This document shows positions 60,939-64,000 of a stretch of 64,000 bases of DNA, in pieces. Each line of letters begins with the position of its first letter. Position 1 is the first letter of the stretch. The translations under genes and the position numbers were made by a program. Location: assembly GCA_051532055.1 (NCBI GenBank), contig JAOPTX010000007.1:32001-96000 (forward strand), written 5' to 3'. The notes under the pieces are model-generated. The model searched no databases and was not told the origin of the DNA. It saw only the letters and a program-made list of their open reading frames with translations. The DNA is from Fibrobacterales bacterium. GTDB taxonomy: Bacteria > Fibrobacterota > Fibrobacteria > Fibrobacterales > JAOPTW01.

Positions 60939-62177
60939 ATGATACACCTTGCTCTAAACCATGCTACTCCACATTATTCTGAGATCATATCAACGATTCT
61001 CAACAGTGAAAGAACATTATTCCCTTTTATACCTGCAGGAGCAGGCGCCTACTTTTCAAATGCAACTCTTGAACACTGTATTGAAAATGAAGCCCTCTAT
61101 GACCAATTTACCCTGACAGGATCTTCACAAAGGTCTGTCCTAACATACTCAAGTGGCGAAAGAAAAAAGGCACTCCTCAATCATCTCTTGAGTGCATCTC
61201 CCGACTATCTCATTGCTGAAAACCCCTTTGATGCCCTAGACGTAGAGAGTGTTGAAACATTAAGTAATCAACTCATTGACCTTTCACATACCCTACCCAT
61301 TATCCAGATTTTTAACCGCACCAGCGAACTCCTCCCTTTTGTAACCCATAGTGTCGTAGTTTCAGAAAAAGGGCCCCAACTCATTCCAATTGTTGAATAT
61401 ATAGCTGAATTTCACACTACTCCACCTTACACATTACATGAGCCCCTCCCTAAAGCCTTGATTGAACAGCCCCATGTCTCCAATGAACTTGTACACTGCG
61501 CCAAAATATCTGTTTCCCATCTCGACAAACCCATTCTCAGCGACATTAAATGGACTATTATGAGAGGAGAGTTTTGGCAACTCAAAGGGCCTAATGGTTC
61601 AGGGAAAACAACGCTACTCACCATGATAACTGGCGACAATCCAAAAGGCTATGGACAAGAGCTCTATCTCTTTGGCAAAAAACGTGGCAGCGGGGAAACG
61701 GTATGGGATATCAAACAGAATATTGGCTATTTTACCCCACCAATGATGGACCGCTTTAACACTCATCACACAGTATTAGAGATGGCACTCTCAGGTCTAA
61801 AAGATACCATTGGCCTCTATGTTAAAGCATCCAGAGTCGAGGTCCTTCTTGGTAGAGAATGGCTTGGCCTTGTTGGACTTTTTGATAAGCGTAATGATCG
61901 TTTTAAAGATCTCTCGGAGGTAGAACGGCGCATCATACTTATTATACGCGCCATGATTAAACACCCACCCCTCCTTATATTAGATGAGCCATCGATGGGA
62001 TTAGATGATTATAGTACCAGTATTCTCTCTGCATTGGTCAATAAAATATCTGAGGAGAGTACAACTACTATCCTCTATGTCTCCCATAGAGATGACCCCG
62101 GACTCAACCCTCGCTCTATTTACAACCTTTCCCCGTCTACAACGGGCTCAACAGGGGGAGTCGAACGGTCATGCTAG
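60939..62177 (+). CDS. ModF-like ABC ATPase with degenerate N-terminal ABC half
   Basis: N-half keeps YSSGE and ENPFDALD but has no Walker A. C-half has GPNGSGKTT, GSGETVWDIK, LDEP, VSH. Confidence 0.85.
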   Translation: MIHLALNHATPHYSEIISTILNSERTLFPFIPAGAGAYFSNATLEHCIENEALYDQFTLTGSSQRSVLTYSSGERKKALLNHLLSASPDYLIAENPFDALDVESVETLSNQLIDLSHTLPIIQIFNRTSELLPFVTHSVVVSEKGPQLIPIVEYIAEFHTTPPYTLHEPLPKALIEQPHVSNELVHCAKISVSHLDKPILSDIKWTIMRGEFWQLKGPNGSGKTTLLTMITGDNPKGYGQELYLFGKKRGSGETVWDIKQNIGYFTPPMMDRFNTHHTVLEMALSGLKDTIGLYVKASRVEVLLGREWLGLVGLFDKRNDRFKDLSEVERRIILIIRAMIKHPPLLILDEPSMGLDDYSTSILSALVNKISEESTTTILYVSHRDDPGLNPRSIYNLSPSTTGSTGGVERSC

Positions 62178-62698
62178 AAGAGCAACATTGGGAATATCAA
62201 ACAAGCGAAAATAACCGCCAACGATTTACCATCGGTGAAACAGGCAAAAACACCTTGGTCTGTATTGGCATTAATCCAAGTACCGCCGCTCCAGGAAAGC
62301 TCGACAACACTATGCGTGCCGTAAAAAACCGATCAGCTGCACTCGGATACGACTCTTGGATTATGATCAACATTTATCCTCAGCGAGCCACAAACCCAGA
62401 TACCATTCATAAAAATATCCATAAAGACATACACTTAGAAAATGTGCACGTAATCAAAAAACTTTTTAAAAATAAGACGTATGATGTTTGGGCCGCATGG
62501 GGGACACTTATAGAAAAACGCCCTTTTTTGACCCCTTGTTTTCTCGACATTGTTGAAGTCATCAATGCACAGTCACGATGGATTACCATTGGTGCTCTTT
62601 CTAAAAAAGGACACCCTCACCACCCTCTCTATCTCAGAAACAACCTTCCTGTAGATCTATTTGACATTAATAGCTACTGCTCTATGCTCAAAAACTAA
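62171..62698 (+). CDS. DUF1643-family protein
   Basis: IGINPSTA..LDNT, NIYPQRATNP, WAAWG, GHPHHPLY. Confidence 0.85.
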   Translation: MLEEQHWEYQTSENNRQRFTIGETGKNTLVCIGINPSTAAPGKLDNTMRAVKNRSAALGYDSWIMINIYPQRATNPDTIHKNIHKDIHLENVHVIKKLFKNKTYDVWAAWGTLIEKRPFLTPCFLDIVEVINAQSRWITIGALSKKGHPHHPLYLRNNLPVDLFDINSYCSMLKN

Positions 62699-62912
62699 AC
62701 AAGGTCACATGCATCGCCCAGCATCCAATGAGCATCTTCTCCATCCCATTTCACATTGCCCCCAATAGGATTTTTTTTTGATAGGGGAACGGACTCCCCT
62801 TTAGTGACTGCAGTAAGAACTTCATTGAGATCAAACTGTTACCCCTATTGAAAACTAAGAATGAGTAACCTTGTAGTAATAGATACAACTATGCAAATGA
62901 AGTATTTGCATA

Positions 62913-64000
62913 CTAGAGTGAATATTTGATTGCAGCACTTGCTTTATTAGCCTTAGCACGCGCATCATCCGTTGTAGAGCCCAGGGCAAGAGTCACACCC
63001 ATTCTCCGCTCACCATCAACTTCTGGCTTACCAAAAAGGCGTATTTGAGTATCAGGATCATGAAGAGCGGCCTCCATTCCTGTAAAACTTACTTTGTCTG
63101 AAGTTCCTTCTACCAAAATCACACTCGAAGCTGCAGGAGCATATTGTATTATATTAGGGATAGGGAGCCCAAGAATTGCACGAACATGCAGTGCAAACTC
63201 AGTTAAGTTTTGAGATATCATTGTCACCATACCAGTATCATGTGGTCGGGGAGACAATTCAGAAAAGTAGACGGTATCACCTTTTATAAAATATTCAACA
63301 CCAAAAATACCGCGACCACCCAATGCCTCAACAACAAGCTTTGCCATACGTTGAGCCTCCGCAAGTGCCTTTTCCGACATTGCCTGCGGCTGCCATGACT
63401 CTTGATAATCACCGCCTACTTGACGGTGCCCAATTGGCGCACAGTACGACACGCCATCTTTATGGCTAATGGTTAGGAGAGTTATTTCATAATCAAAATC
63501 AACAAATCCCTCAATGATTACCCTATCAGAACCACCACGACCACCTTCAATCGCATACCCCCAAGCCGCCTCAACATCTACTTCACTCTTAAGGGTGCTC
63601 TGACCTTTTCCTGATGAACTCATTATTGGTTTTATCACACAAGGAAAACCAATCTCTTTAACTGCCGCGAGATACTCATCTTTGGTACCTGCAAACTTAT
63701 AGGGAGAAGTAGTCAGGCCCAATTCTTCTGCAGCGAGACTTCTGATCCCTTCACGGTTCATAGTGAGGAGCGTCGCCTTAGCAGAAGGAATAACATTAAA
63801 ACCTTCTTTCTCAAGCTCTACTAAGAGGTCTGTCGCAATCGCTTCTACTTCCGGAACTATATAATCTGGCTTCTCTTTGATAATAACCGCTCTCAGTGCA
63901 TCAGCATCGAGCATTGAAATGGTATACGCTTTATGAGCAACTTGCATTGCTGGAGCATTTTCATATCGATCAACTGCAATCACTTCAACACCATATCTTT
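62913..64000 (-). CDS. purT: Formate-dependent GAR transformylase (5' end outside window)
   Basis: [44 protein letters not shown]. Confidence 0.96.
   Translation of the reverse strand, partial: RYGVEVIAVDRYENAPAMQVAHKAYTISMLDADALRAVIIKEKPDYIVPEVEAIATDLLVELEKEGFNVIPSAKATLLTMNREGIRSLAAEELGLTTSPYKFAGTKDEYLAAVKEIGFPCVIKPIMSSSGKGQSTLKSEVDVEAAWGYAIEGGRGGSDRVIIEGFVDFDYEITLLTISHKDGVSYCAPIGHRQVGGDYQESWQPQAMSEKALAEAQRMAKLVVEALGGRGIFGVEYFIKGDTVYFSELSPRPHDTGMVTMISQNLTEFALHVRAILGLPIPNIIQYAPAASSVILVEGTSDKVSFTGMEAALHDPDTQIRLFGKPEVDGERRMGVTLALGSTTDDARAKANKASAAIKYSL

Noticed and set aside
62700..62840. Open stretch on the minus strand (FDLNEVLTAVTKGE...WDGEDAHW) and hairpin AGGGGA-ACGGAC-TCCCCT
   Set aside because: No start codon before in-frame stops and no recognisable homology. 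The single GGA hairpin has no promoter, so support is too weak.
1014..63398. Many 60-190 aa ORFs antisense or out of frame within identified genes (e.g. 14023-14583, 24376-24897, 55379-55810, 57649-58101)
   Set aside because: Shadow ORFs of well-supported genes with no motifs or translation signals
1..64000. CRISPR array, IS/transposase, integrase, prophage, defence system, tRNA or rRNA
   Set aside because: No spaced direct repeats, mobile-element motifs or stable-RNA signatures other than 6S were seen; nearly all of the sequence is explained by housekeeping ORFs

Overview
Core chromosomal region of an AT-rich diderm bacterium. The HIS6-type hisA, a DUF4954-like gene, a T9SS-like C-terminal domain and D-S/T-x-rich exported proteins suggest the FCB group, possibly Fibrobacterota; this is inference only. 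It carries uvrB, trkA, an RND efflux operon with a TetR regulator, an 8-gene T2SS/type IV pilus-like cluster, a KirBac channel, and a long minus-strand run lptC-lptA-lptB-rpoN-hpf-hprK-mlaD-mlaD-ptsH-ptsI-slt-DMT-mlaE-murJ-lpoA-like. It also has a secreted clan GH-A glycoside hydrolase, two tandem DivK-like receivers, zapB-zapA-6S RNA, class I fumarase, ilvD and purT. I saw no mobile element, prophage, CRISPR array, rRNA or tRNA. The most interesting signal is non-coding: three intergenic sigma-28 (FliA)-type promoters. They precede (i) a ~100-nt RNA with two CsrA-type ANGGA hairpins, (ii) a small orphan gene with a structured GGA-loop leader and (iii) a ~128-nt terminator-bounded sRNA whose C/U-rich loop is complementary to the 5' end of leader (ii). 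Together these form a candidate sigma-28/CsrA/sRNA post-transcriptional circuit. Other notable features are a second structured element behind 6S RNA, tandem EF-hand loops in a minor pilin, and enrichment of the Bacteroidota O-glycosylation motif in exported proteins. All calls come from reading motifs by eye; no database search was run.
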